This document shows, piece by piece, positions 1-8,740 of a DNA stretch of 43,958 nucleotides; within the stretch, counting starts at the first letter, position 1; each line of letters opens with the position of its first letter. The translations under genes and the position numbers were made by a program. The notes below the pieces were generated by a model. That model was not told the DNA's origin. It was given only the letters and a program-made list of their open reading frames with translations, and ran no database searches. Where the stretch lies: positions 1 through 43,958 of the IMG/VR virus record IMGVR_UViG_3300037070_000806; one strand, 5' to 3'. Source of the DNA: a virus. Lineage: Duplodnaviria; Caudoviricetes.

Positions 1-127
1 CCGCCCTCTTGGCACGCGCGTGACTACCCCTCTATGTCCTCGTAACGCATGCACCTACCTTCCGTAGCCATGCATCCGTGCATAGGTACCCCCTTACTCC
101 CCCCTTCGACCAAAAAGGTACATTGGT
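1..127. repeat. Terminal direct repeat, copy 1 (circular assembly overlap)
   Basis: 1..127 is identical to 43832..43958; 127 bp is a common assembler k-mer size. Confidence 0.95.
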
Positions 128-219
128 AGGGTTGACATGGCTGGGGGCGAGCGAAGCGAGGTGCACCATTGTGGCCTTGTGGTTGTGGAATTGTATGCAA
201 TGCTGTATGACTCATACAA

Positions 220-658
220 CTTTGAACGAAATCCTACAACCTGAGACTCGCATCCCATGGATAATAGGGAACTTCCGTGCCTGCGGCGCGAGGATGGAAG
301 TTGCCGACCCGGACGGAGAGGGAGGTTTTGGGAGAGTGTGGGCCTTGCACCCACTCGAAGGTTCCTCCGGTTGTCACCTTTAACCGCACCCCATGAAGTG
401 GGAATGATAGGGATCGGGTGCTTACAGTCACCCCCACAGTTTGAAGCACGTCAATTCGTGCTGATCCCTACCACCAGTTATCCGGACGCCGACTTAACGG
501 CCCTGTGCCTCCGGACGTGCACCCACAAATGAATCCCCCCCGGACCCAGGCGTCACTGGATCACGGGGGGCGAGTCTCCTGCATCGGGCGAGGAGCGCTA
601 ACTGAGAGGGAGCAGAGCCGCCAGAGGTGCCAGCCAAACGACTCTTTTGCGTCTCAGT
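220..658. ncRNA. Candidate structured non-coding RNA or structured DNA region
   Basis: No convincing ORF; dense stems (270-302, 321-368, three-way junction about 408-470, 601-658); lies directly downstream of the leftward promoter at 665-693. Confidence 0.35.
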
Positions 659-664
659 ATATAT

Positions 665-693
665 AGTATAGCACTTGTAAGAGATCGTGTCAA
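665..693 (-). promoter_or_regulatory. sigma70-type promoter, leftward
   Basis: TTGACA-17bp-TATACT with extended -10 TG and upstream AAAAATAG. Confidence 0.8.
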
Positions 694-881
694 GAACTAT
701 TTTTGAGTATTTTTCCTACAAGCCAGAGCGGCAGAAATATTGTTCTGTTCCTGATTTTTATGTAGTTCCTTGGGAACCAGAGTTCTCCATACTCGGTTAC
801 GCATTTGACTGACTTTTCAGTTGTGTGGAGGACTTTAAAGCACCTGAGTTTACCATAGTGATGTTTTTGAGGTAGTTTCAT
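690..881 (-). CDS. Small hypothetical phage protein (63 aa)
   Basis: GAGGCTGCC-ATG start just after palindrome 896; T.K...W.P...I...P.WL pattern seen in small phage proteins. Confidence 0.65.
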   Translation of the reverse strand: MKLPQKHHYGKLRCFKVLHTTEKSVKCVTEYGELWFPRNYIKIRNRTIFLPLWLVGKILKNSS

Positions 882-1074
882 GGCAGCCTCGTGGTTGTGT
901 GAGTCAAACAAGTTTTTGGATCGGTCTCGAGACGCCCCCATATGGGGCTATAGGATGTGAGGGGGTTAGAGTCCGGGATAATATGTGCTCGCCGTCCTAT
1001 GTGTGCTCCGCACACCTACGTCGCCTCGCGGCGCCCCACCCGAACCAGGGGGTTCCCCCTGGCTCCATGTACTT

Positions 1075-1103
1075 ATAATAGCACATAAAAATAACTATGT
1101 CAA
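1075..1103 (-). promoter_or_regulatory. sigma70-type promoter, leftward
   Basis: CTTGACA-17bp-TATTAT, extended -10 TG, upstream AAAATAG. Confidence 0.75.
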
Positions 1104-1126
1104 GTACTATTTTAAGGCACCCTAGT

Positions 1127-1141
1127 TGTATGACTCAAACA
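1127..1141. promoter_or_regulatory. Palindrome site between the divergent promoters (putative operator)
   Basis: TGTATGACTCAAACA lies between the -35 boxes at 1098-1103 (-) and 1186-1191 (+). Confidence 0.65.
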
Positions 1142-1185
1142 AAAATAACTATATATAGCAAAAACATATCACTCAAAAATAATTA

Positions 1186-1214
1186 TTGACATAAAATACC
1201 AGCCATGCTATACT
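1186..1214 (+). promoter_or_regulatory. sigma70-type promoter for the structural arm
   Basis: TTGACA-17bp-TATACT, extended -10 TG, AT-rich upstream element. Confidence 0.8.
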
Positions 1215-1364
1215 TATGATCGTGGGCTTATCTCGACTTGCTCCGTCCAACCCACAACTAAACGGCCGAGGGATTTGGATTTAGGCAGCCTCTCCCTCGG
1301 TCGTCCTCCTTTGAACCGCAGCTTCGGGCTGTGTGACTCATACAAAACCTGAAAGGATAACGTC

Positions 1365-1763
1365 ATGCCGACGTCTAAAACCTATTCGGCTACTGTGCTT
1401 GGTGGTTTCTGGCCGGCGAATGGAGTGGGGACTCTTGTTCCTATTCCTGGGGCGAGGAGTGCTAATAGGCGGTTGGTTGCTCAGTGGCTCGGTGGAAGTC
1501 GGCTGCTTTCGTTTAAGGAGCTGGTCGAGACGCTTAACGGTGTTGCTCCTGGCGCTCTAGCTTCGAAGATTGTGCCAGTGATTGCTGCGAGTCAAGAGCT
1601 TGGTGGTGTGCGTCAAGTCGTTCAGGTTGCTGTTATTAACCGTGTGACGACTGCGGCTGATAAGACAGAAATCGACGATGACCTTCTCACGATGACGAAC
1701 CGAACCACGTTCGGAGCGACTCCACCTGCGAATCTGGATCGCAATCCACTCGGAACTAGGTAG
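1365..1763 (+). CDS. Hypothetical protein, possibly virion-associated (132 aa)
   Basis: ORF with AGGA RBS; first gene of the structural arm. Confidence 0.75.
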   Translation: MPTSKTYSATVLGGFWPANGVGTLVPIPGARSANRRLVAQWLGGSRLLSFKELVETLNGVAPGALASKIVPVIAASQELGGVRQVVQVAVINRVTTAADKTEIDDDLLTMTNRTTFGATPPANLDRNPLGTR

Positions 1764-1795
1764 TGGGCAGCTGCCCACCTTGTGTGAGTCATACA

Positions 1796-2380
1796 ATGGC
1801 ACCTAGACTTCTACCACGGCCACTTGCTAAGTGGGGCGATCCTTACGTGAATCCGGACGGTACTATTGTGCCGCCAGATCGGGTTAACGGAGGGGTCGAT
1901 ACCTCGCTTCCGAAGGTTGATTTCAAGGAATTTAAGCCGCATAGGAAGCGGACAATCAAGGATTTGCCAGCACCTTCGACTACGCTGAATGGGATTGCCT
2001 GTGTATTTATGTACACGACCTTGGGCTTGGGTGATCGCGAGATTGCTGATACGCTCAAAATTACAGTGAAGCAACTGAAGGAGCTGCGTTCGCACCCAGC
2101 TTATGCAGAGTGCTTCGAAGCGGTCACTTCTGAGTTTATCAACATCAACTCGGATATGATTAATGCCAGGATCGCAGCGTACAGTCATGATGCGTTAACT
2201 GAAATTGCTAACATCGCACTAAATGGAAAGGAGGAACGGAATCGACTGAGGGGTAGCACGTACCTAATGAATGCGGGAGGGTACGGCGACAAGTCGAATG
2301 TGGCTGCGTCTGTGGCTAAAAATGATCTGCGAATCGTGATCATCGGGAAAGATCAGGACGTGCGGATCGAAGGTGTGTGA
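1796..2380 (+). CDS. terS: Putative terminase small subunit (HTH protein)
   Basis: HTH-like LGDREIADTLKITVKQLKEL, helical middle, C-terminal beta tail (LRIVIIG); start revised to the ATG abutting palindrome 1781. Confidence 0.55.
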   Translation: MAPRLLPRPLAKWGDPYVNPDGTIVPPDRVNGGVDTSLPKVDFKEFKPHRKRTIKDLPAPSTTLNGIACVFMYTTLGLGDREIADTLKITVKQLKELRSHPAYAECFEAVTSEFININSDMINARIAAYSHDALTEIANIALNGKEERNRLRGSTYLMNAGGYGDKSNVAASVAKNDLRIVIIGKDQDVRIEGV

Positions 2381-2401
2381 GTCACACAACGGGAGGCTGA
2401 G

Positions 2402-2671
2402 GTGAGTGACGTTAGTGACTATACCGATCCTGAGCTTGAGGAACTCGAGCCTGTAACGAAGCCAAAGGAGATGAAGATGGGTAAGTCGAAACAGTTTGGT
2501 GATATGGCAGTAGAGGGCGTGGAAGGTGAGCCAGAAGCTGCGCCTCTGCCGCCGACGCCTGAAGAGATTCAGTCGGCTCATGATGATATGAGGCTGCTGC
2601 AAGACGAGAAGATCGCAGCGAATGCTGAGGCTGAGAAGGAGGCAGCTGAGGCCGCTAAACCAAAGTCTTAG
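2402..2671 (+). CDS. Acidic hypothetical protein (89 aa)
   Basis: GGGAGG RBS, GTG start. Confidence 0.7.
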   Translation: MSDVSDYTDPELEELEPVTKPKEMKMGKSKQFGDMAVEGVEGEPEAAPLPPTPEEIQSAHDDMRLLQDEKIAANAEAEKEAAEAAKPKS

Positions 2672-2762
2672 CGGTTGGGTTCCTCCCGATCAGTTCAACC
2701 GCTGAGGGGTGCAGGAAGTACATCCACGGCTTTCTGCACCTTCAGATGTATGAGTCATACAA

Positions 2763-4487
2763 ATGCCCTCAGTCATTTATGATCTCCAGGATACTTGGAA
2801 CGCTGGCGGTGTCGTTTTCAACGGCATCAAAGTTAACGTCAACAATGTTGCGAGTGCAGTTGGCTCGCGACTTTTGCGTGTGGATACGGCAGGTGTGTCG
2901 CAGTTCGCTGTCGATCCTGTGAATGGTGCTATTGTTGGTTCTGCGACTGGTGGGCCTATGGGGCCTGGGACGATCAACTCCACTGGGTTCTATGTTAATG
3001 GAAGTCTCCTTGGTGGCGTAGCCGATGGGGATAAAGGGGACATCACTGTATCGGTGGGTGGAACGGTCTGGACGATTGATCCTCTCGCTGTTACGTATAC
3101 GAAAATTCAGAACGTTTCTGCGACTGCTCGTGTGCTTGGTCGCTTTAGTGGTGGTGCTGGTCCTATTGAGGAAGGCACAGGGGCACAGGTAAATACGCTT
3201 CTCCCAATATTCACGGATACTGTAAAGGGTGTCGTTCCTCCTTCTGGTGGGGGGACGGTTCAGTTTTTGCGTGCGGATCAAACGTGGGCGACTCCTCCGG
3301 GTGGTGGAGGCGGCTCAGGTCTTGCTGACGCATACCAAGTCATCACTGATGGTTCGGCTCCGGCGTCTGCGGTAGGTGCGGCAACGTTTAAGCTTCGAGC
3401 GTCCGCTCCGTTGAGTGTTGTGACAGAGAACGTTAACGCGACTCATGGCAAGAATGCGTTGTTCTCGTTAGTTAATGCTACATATGGCGACATTATCGTT
3501 ACTGGCGGGATCACGTGGACGATTGGTCCTCGAGCAGTTACCTATGCCAAGATGCCTAGTGTGGCCGCATCGAAGCTCAACGGTCGTGGATCGTTGGCCG
3601 GTGCTGGTGATATGGAGGAGATTACACTCGGCACTAATCTAACGATGTCTGGCACGACGTTGAATGCAACAGGCGGAGGTGGTGGTGGTACGTTTACATC
3701 TTCAGCTACAGCTCCTGTTGCTCCTGTTGCTGGTGATCGCTGGTACAATACTGATACTGGTGTAGAAGCAACTTACATTAATGACGGGAATAGTTCGCAG
3801 TGGATGCAGTCAGCTCCGACTGTTTCGCCTCCTGCGGCGAGTGGATTTGCTGGTATTAATGTTCAGACGTTTACTGCTTCTGGAACGTATACGCCGTCTG
3901 TTGGTATGAAGTATTGTCAGATCGAATGCGTTGGTGGCGGTGGTGGCGGTGGAGGTGCTCCAGACTCTACAGGTTCTTCTGCTGGTGCGGGTGGAGGTGG
4001 TGCTGGTGGCTACTCGCGTAAAACTGTTGCTGCTGCGGTGATTGGCCTGAGTCAAGCCGTCGCGATAGGAGCAGCTGGAGCTGGTGGTAGTGCTGCTGGT
4101 ACCAATGGCGGTAATGGAGGCCCTACTAGCGTAGGAGCCATCTGCATTGCCAACGGTGGCAGTGGGGCGCCGGGGCACACCGCAGCTACGTATCGAGGTG
4201 GGGCCGGTGCCACTACTGGCACTGGTGATATTATGGCGGCAGGATGTCCTGGGGGTCATGGAGACTCAACCATTAATAACTATGCGAGTCTAGCAGGTAA
4301 CGGCGGCGCTAGTTTTTTCGGTGGTGGTGGTCTGGCTCCTGGATGGGCCGCGGGAACCTCTGTTGTTGGTTCGCCAGGAACGAACTATGGCTCTGGAGGT
4401 AGTGGTGCGTGGGGGGATAACACTTCTACTTCACGTGCAGGTGGTGCAGGTGCTCCTGGCTTTGTAGTTATTACGGAGTATTTCTAA
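2763..4487 (+). CDS. Virion fibre/adhesin-like protein with C-terminal glycine-rich domain
   Basis: Internal repeats GDI.V..G..WTI.P.AVTY.K; C-terminal VGGGGGGG...GGAGAPG.V.ITEY domain. Confidence 0.75.
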   Translation: MPSVIYDLQDTWNAGGVVFNGIKVNVNNVASAVGSRLLRVDTAGVSQFAVDPVNGAIVGSATGGPMGPGTINSTGFYVNGSLLGGVADGDKGDITVSVGGTVWTIDPLAVTYTKIQNVSATARVLGRFSGGAGPIEEGTGAQVNTLLPIFTDTVKGVVPPSGGGTVQFLRADQTWATPPGGGGGSGLADAYQVITDGSAPASAVGAATFKLRASAPLSVVTENVNATHGKNALFSLVNATYGDIIVTGGITWTIGPRAVTYAKMPSVAASKLNGRGSLAGAGDMEEITLGTNLTMSGTTLNATGGGGGGTFTSSATAPVAPVAGDRWYNTDTGVEATYINDGNSSQWMQSAPTVSPPAASGFAGINVQTFTASGTYTPSVGMKYCQIECVGGGGGGGGAPDSTGSSAGAGGGGAGGYSRKTVAAAVIGLSQAVAIGAAGAGGSAAGTNGGNGGPTSVGAICIANGGSGAPGHTAATYRGGAGATTGTGDIMAAGCPGGHGDSTINNYASLAGNGGASFFGGGGLAPGWAAGTSVVGSPGTNYGSGGSGAWGDNTSTSRAGGAGAPGFVVITEYF

Positions 4488-5254
4488 TGGCTATTGATTT
4501 TCCATTTCCCGCAACGCTAGGGCAGCTTTACGTCTTCAATGGCGTAACGTACAAGTTCTCCGCTCAGAACGTATGGGAAGTAGTTGGTAGTACCAGTGCG
4601 ATTCTCAGCGTTAACGTTCAGGTGTTCTCAGTTGCGGGGGCGTTTACATATACTCCCATAGCCGGAATGAAGTACTGCGTGATTGAATGCGTAGGTGGAG
4701 GTGGTGGAGGTGGAGGAACTGGTCCTGGAATTTCTGGCATTGTTATGGGTGCTGGTGGTGGTGGTTCAGGAGGCTACTCGAGGAAAACGGTCCTCGCAAA
4801 CATAATCGGCGTGAGTAAAACCGGCACAGTAGGTGCTGGTGGTGTGGCTGGTACGGCTGCGGGTGGTAATGGTGGTAATGGAGGAGTTACAGCACTAACT
4901 GGAATTTGCTCTTCTAATGGCGGATTTGGTGGGGTGGGTGCTCCTAGTGCAGGTTCTGCTGGTAACGGAGCTAATCTATCTAGTGCCATTGGAGACATCA
5001 TGGCGGCTGGAAATCCAGGACAGAATGGTGGATCGAACACGACGACATACAGTATGAATGCTGGCCCAGGTGGATCGAGTGTGTTCGGTGGAGGAGGCAA
5101 TGCACCTGCATGGACTAGCAGTAACAGTGTGGTCGGTGGAGCTGGACAAGCCTACGGTGGTGGTGGGTCTGGTGCCTTCTGCTACGATGCAAACGTGCAG
5201 AGAGCAGGTGGCGCAGGTGCCCCTGGTGTGGTAATCATCACAGAATATCTCTAA
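4487..5254 (+). CDS. Glycine-rich domain protein, paralogue of the upstream C-terminal domain
   Basis: MAIDFP N-terminus; GMKYC.IECVGGGGGGGG and ITEY end shared with the upstream gene; TAATG coupling. Confidence 0.8.
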   Translation: MAIDFPFPATLGQLYVFNGVTYKFSAQNVWEVVGSTSAILSVNVQVFSVAGAFTYTPIAGMKYCVIECVGGGGGGGGTGPGISGIVMGAGGGGSGGYSRKTVLANIIGVSKTGTVGAGGVAGTAAGGNGGNGGVTALTGICSSNGGFGGVGAPSAGSAGNGANLSSAIGDIMAAGNPGQNGGSNTTTYSMNAGPGGSSVFGGGGNAPAWTSSNSVVGGAGQAYGGGGSGAFCYDANVQRAGGAGAPGVVIITEYL

Positions 5255-5272
5255 AAGTTGTATGAGTCATAC

Positions 5273-6238
5273 ATGTCCTACCTCGGCCAAGTACAGAATC
5301 TGGACTGGACCTCGCCTAGCAGGATATTTGCGACTACGGTCGAGCTATTCAACTCACAGCCGAACTACGAGCACGAAGTGGCAATCGCTCTTGATACACG
5401 CATCAAATATCAGGGAGTTGCACCAGTCGTGGGTGGTTGGGGTTATGCGTCGGGTGCTCCTGGTCCTGGGATTCCTCCTGTTCCTCCCCCCGTGAATGAC
5501 AGTTACACCAAAGTTCTGCTTGAGTTCGACGGAATTGAAGGGTCAACAACGTATGTCGATACGAATGCGTCAAAGATGCCTCGAAAGTGGACTCAGCGGA
5601 GTGGTTTGGGTCATATTACGAACGTGGGGGAGAAATTTTATAGTGGTGCGCTGTACTTAGATGGAAAAACTGTGATCACAGCGCCTGATGAGAGCCTTGC
5701 GTTTATTAGGGACACTGATTTCTCGATCAGAGGATGGTTTCTCTGCGATTTTCCGTTAGGGACTCGTCGAACTCTTGTTGCAAAGACTGATGAGGCTGTT
5801 ACTGACTACGTTTTTTGGATTGATCGTGATGAAACAGGCTTGATTGAGGCTGGACTGAATACGCGAATCATATTTGATCATAACATCGTAGATAGGTTCA
5901 ACGTAAGCATTCTGGATCGTATAGGGGACTTCATTGTTGATAGATTTGACCCGACGGCTGTTGCAGGACAACACGTTTTGAAGAGTCAGATGCCCTATAC
6001 AGATACGGTCAATACAGGATGGCACCAGTTTTCGTTTCGTAGAACAGTCAACATGTTGAATCTGGCTCTTGATGGTGATGTGGATAGCAGTTCAACTGTT
6101 GGAAGTGAGGTAGTCAATCAACTGCCAGGAACATTGACGATTGGTGGCTATGGTCCGCCAAAAAATGGTGTTTACAATGGCAATCCTTGGATCGGTGGTC
6201 TAGATCGGTTCGCGATAGACATCGGAATAGGTCGATAG
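5273..6238 (+). CDS. LamG/concanavalin-A-like domain virion protein
   Basis: TKVLLEFDG...ALYLDG...DFSIRGW...WHQFSFRR...LTIGG...GGLDRFAI pattern; ATG overlaps the end of palindrome 5259. Confidence 0.75.
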   Translation: MSYLGQVQNLDWTSPSRIFATTVELFNSQPNYEHEVAIALDTRIKYQGVAPVVGGWGYASGAPGPGIPPVPPPVNDSYTKVLLEFDGIEGSTTYVDTNASKMPRKWTQRSGLGHITNVGEKFYSGALYLDGKTVITAPDESLAFIRDTDFSIRGWFLCDFPLGTRRTLVAKTDEAVTDYVFWIDRDETGLIEAGLNTRIIFDHNIVDRFNVSILDRIGDFIVDRFDPTAVAGQHVLKSQMPYTDTVNTGWHQFSFRRTVNMLNLALDGDVDSSSTVGSEVVNQLPGTLTIGGYGPPKNGVYNGNPWIGGLDRFAIDIGIGR

Positions 6239-6247
6239 GAGAATACA

Positions 6248-6502
6248 ATGGCAATCGTAGCGAATCTTGGCATTCCTGGTTATCCGATAGATCAGAAGTT
6301 CTGTTCGAACAATCGAACAGCGGCGACTGGTGCGGCAGTGATTGCGTTGACGCCACTGTATCCAGGCGAGGTGGTGATGGCGCTTGATACCGGTCAGCGG
6401 TATATGGGCCTCTCGCTTGTTGCTGGTCAGTGGGGACAGATTCATGGGACCATTCCACATAGCGGCGGCGATTCGAGTGTATCGGTGTCGGCAGGATCGT
6501 AG
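6248..6502 (+). CDS. Small putative virion protein
   Basis: AGGAG RBS; shares P.Y..EV..ALDT...Y.G......WG with the N-terminus of 5273..6238. Confidence 0.7.
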   Translation: MAIVANLGIPGYPIDQKFCSNNRTAATGAAVIALTPLYPGEVVMALDTGQRYMGLSLVAGQWGQIHGTIPHSGGDSSVSVSAGS

Positions 6503-6504
6503 CC

Positions 6505-6675
6505 ATGCCCAAGGGGAAAGGTAAAGAAACTGTCAAGGATGTTATGCACAAGTATAAGCATGGCGCTTTGCACAGCGGATCGAAGAAGGGTCCACAGGTG
6601 ACAGATCGGCAGCAGGCAATCGCAATCGCGTTGTCTGAAGCTGGTCTGAGCAACAAGCCTCCTAGGAGGAAATGA
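6505..6675 (+). CDS. Small basic DUF6496-like protein (56 aa, not in the ORF track)
   Basis: Translates MPKGKGKETVKDVMHKYKHGALHSGSKKGPQVTDRQQAIAIALSEAGLSNKPPRRK; LHSG...QAIAIALSEA motif. Confidence 0.75.
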   Translation: MPKGKGKETVKDVMHKYKHGALHSGSKKGPQVTDRQQAIAIALSEAGLSNKPPRRK

Positions 6676-6854
6676 TGGGCGCGAACATTTGGTTCTGGTT
6701 GATCTACGTGATCTTTGGAGTCTTTGGCCTTCTCGGCATAGGCCCTTGGTACAGGGATCGCGTTGGTCCGTGGGGACCGTTTGGCGGTTGGCTGGTTCTA
6801 TTCATCCTCATCGGTCTTCTCGGCCTTCACGTCTTCGGAAGCCCTGTCAGATAG
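6672..6854 (+). CDS. Two-TM membrane protein, possible holin
   Basis: Two hydrophobic segments; AGGAGG RBS. Confidence 0.6.
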   Translation: MMGANIWFWLIYVIFGVFGLLGIGPWYRDRVGPWGPFGGWLVLFILIGLLGLHVFGSPVR

Positions 6855-6871
6855 TTGTATGAGTCATACAA

Positions 6872-7165
6872 ATGGCTAGACGCTCACATACGCAAGACTT
6901 GATTGCTCAGCTCCTTGAGCAACAAGCCACACCGAATGAGCAAGTTGCTGCTCGATTCCCAACTGATCTAGAGCTAGGTTTACCGGATCAGGCTTCTATG
7001 GATCGGTATATTGCGTCAATCAACGGCCGAGAAGGCTTTCCTAACTTTAACTGGGTCAATCCTGCTGGTGTGGAAGCGTTTCTCGCGAATGCTCCGGAAT
7101 CGGAGAACATCGAAGATCGACGGCCTGATCCGGACGCTTTCATTCGCTCAGTGTTAGCACGGTGA
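6872..7165 (+). CDS. Hypothetical protein (97 aa)
   Basis: ATG abuts palindrome 6856; fills the gap before terL. Confidence 0.7.
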   Translation: MARRSHTQDLIAQLLEQQATPNEQVAARFPTDLELGLPDQASMDRYIASINGREGFPNFNWVNPAGVEAFLANAPESENIEDRRPDPDAFIRSVLAR

Positions 7166-7168
7166 GAC

Positions 7169-8710
7169 ATGCCCAACTACCGTCTAGAAGAGGGATCGGC
7201 GCAGCATGCTTTCCAGCAGAGCCGCGCGAAGGTACAGATTTTTGGGGGTGGGTTTGCGAATGGGAAGACGACTGGGCTTGTGATCAAAGCCTTACACTTG
7301 GCGAAGTTCTATCCTGGGTGTACGGGTTTGCTTGGTCGGGAGACTTACCCGAAACTCAACGACACGCTGAGGAAGGAGTTCTTCAAGTGGTGTCCACGTC
7401 ATTGGGTCAAGAAGATGCCGACGCAAGATGACAATAGTGCGTACCTGGTCAACGGTAGTGCTGTGCATTTCCGGTACATTGCACAGCGTGGGAAGAGTGT
7501 GAATGAAGATGGCACGACGACAAGCAATTTGCTCAGTGCTACGTATGACTTTATTGGTCTGGACCAAATTGACGATCCTGGGATTACGCACAAAGATTTT
7601 CTGGACCTTCTCGGCCGTTTACGTGGTGATACGCCTTATCGTGTCGAAGAAGGTGCAGAAGACGAAACTATGCCGAGCGACGGCCCGCGATGGCTTATGA
7701 TGACACTTAACCCAAGTCAGAATTGGGCGTATCATGAACTTATCAAGCCATACCTTGATTGGAAAGAGAGGAAGATATTTAGCGATAAGTTACTAGTGGA
7801 CGAAGACAGTCATATGCCAATTGTGGAGTTGTGTGAGTCAGACACATATGCGAATAAGGCAAATCTGAAGCCGGACTTCATTCGAACGCTTGAGACGACG
7901 TACAAAGGCCAGATGCGAGATCGGTATCTGCTCGGTAAGTGGGCAGCCTTTGAGGGGCTTGTTCATCCTGAGTTCGATACTGCCAAGCATGTTGTAAAGC
8001 GGGAGGCTATGCTTGACCATCTCTTCGCCTGTAGACAGAAGCACGTCAGGATCAAGGCTATTGAGGGGTATGATTTCGGCATTGTTACTCCAACTTGTTA
8101 CATTCTGGGTTTTGTTGATGACTATGGTAGGGTTTGTCTACTGGATGGCTTCTACCAACCAAATTACGATGTTATGCAACACGCAAACACAATCAGGGAG
8201 ATTAGAGGACGCTACAGTGGTCTACTGTTCTTCAATGAGCCACTTGTTGCCGACCCTGCCATCTTCCGAAGGATCGTCGTTGCTGGTCAAGCGGTAAGGA
8301 ACACGACCATTGCGCGTATTCTTAAAGATGGCGGGCTTAATCTTCGAGCTGGTAGTAGTGATGTCCTATCTGGCATTGCTAAAGTCAACTCGTATATTGC
8401 CGGAACCCATAAGACTCCGCATCTTACAACTCATGATCGCCCAGGACCATTGCTCTACGTCGCTGCAGAATTACCGTGGTTCCAAGACGAAGTGATGAGT
8501 TACTACTGGAAACGGGACTCGCAGGGACGAAACATCGACGAGCCGGTAGACTCACACGACCATGCGATGAATACGGTTAAGTATATGCTCAGTAAGCTTC
8601 CTGATCCGAGCGAAATCGTCGTACCAGAGGATGCGTTACCGCCTCGCTGGAAATTCTGGAACGAGATGAATATGGATGACTACAAGCGTGCGACTGGGAG
8701 AATACACTAA
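7169..8710 (+). CDS. terL: Terminase large subunit
   Basis: Walker A GGGFANGKTT, motif TLNP, RYLLGKW, nuclease GYDFG and DHAMN. Confidence 0.93.
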   Translation: MPNYRLEEGSAQHAFQQSRAKVQIFGGGFANGKTTGLVIKALHLAKFYPGCTGLLGRETYPKLNDTLRKEFFKWCPRHWVKKMPTQDDNSAYLVNGSAVHFRYIAQRGKSVNEDGTTTSNLLSATYDFIGLDQIDDPGITHKDFLDLLGRLRGDTPYRVEEGAEDETMPSDGPRWLMMTLNPSQNWAYHELIKPYLDWKERKIFSDKLLVDEDSHMPIVELCESDTYANKANLKPDFIRTLETTYKGQMRDRYLLGKWAAFEGLVHPEFDTAKHVVKREAMLDHLFACRQKHVRIKAIEGYDFGIVTPTCYILGFVDDYGRVCLLDGFYQPNYDVMQHANTIREIRGRYSGLLFFNEPLVADPAIFRRIVVAGQAVRNTTIARILKDGGLNLRAGSSDVLSGIAKVNSYIAGTHKTPHLTTHDRPGPLLYVAAELPWFQDEVMSYYWKRDSQGRNIDEPVDSHDHAMNTVKYMLSKLPDPSEIVVPEDALPPRWKFWNEMNMDDYKRATGRIH

Positions 8711-8740
8711 CAATTGTATGACTCATACAAGGATCGTGTC

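Noticed and set aside
2763-5254. Diversity-generating retroelement acting on the paralogous fibre tips
   Set aside because: No reverse transcriptase and no near-identical template/variable repeat pair differing only at adenines
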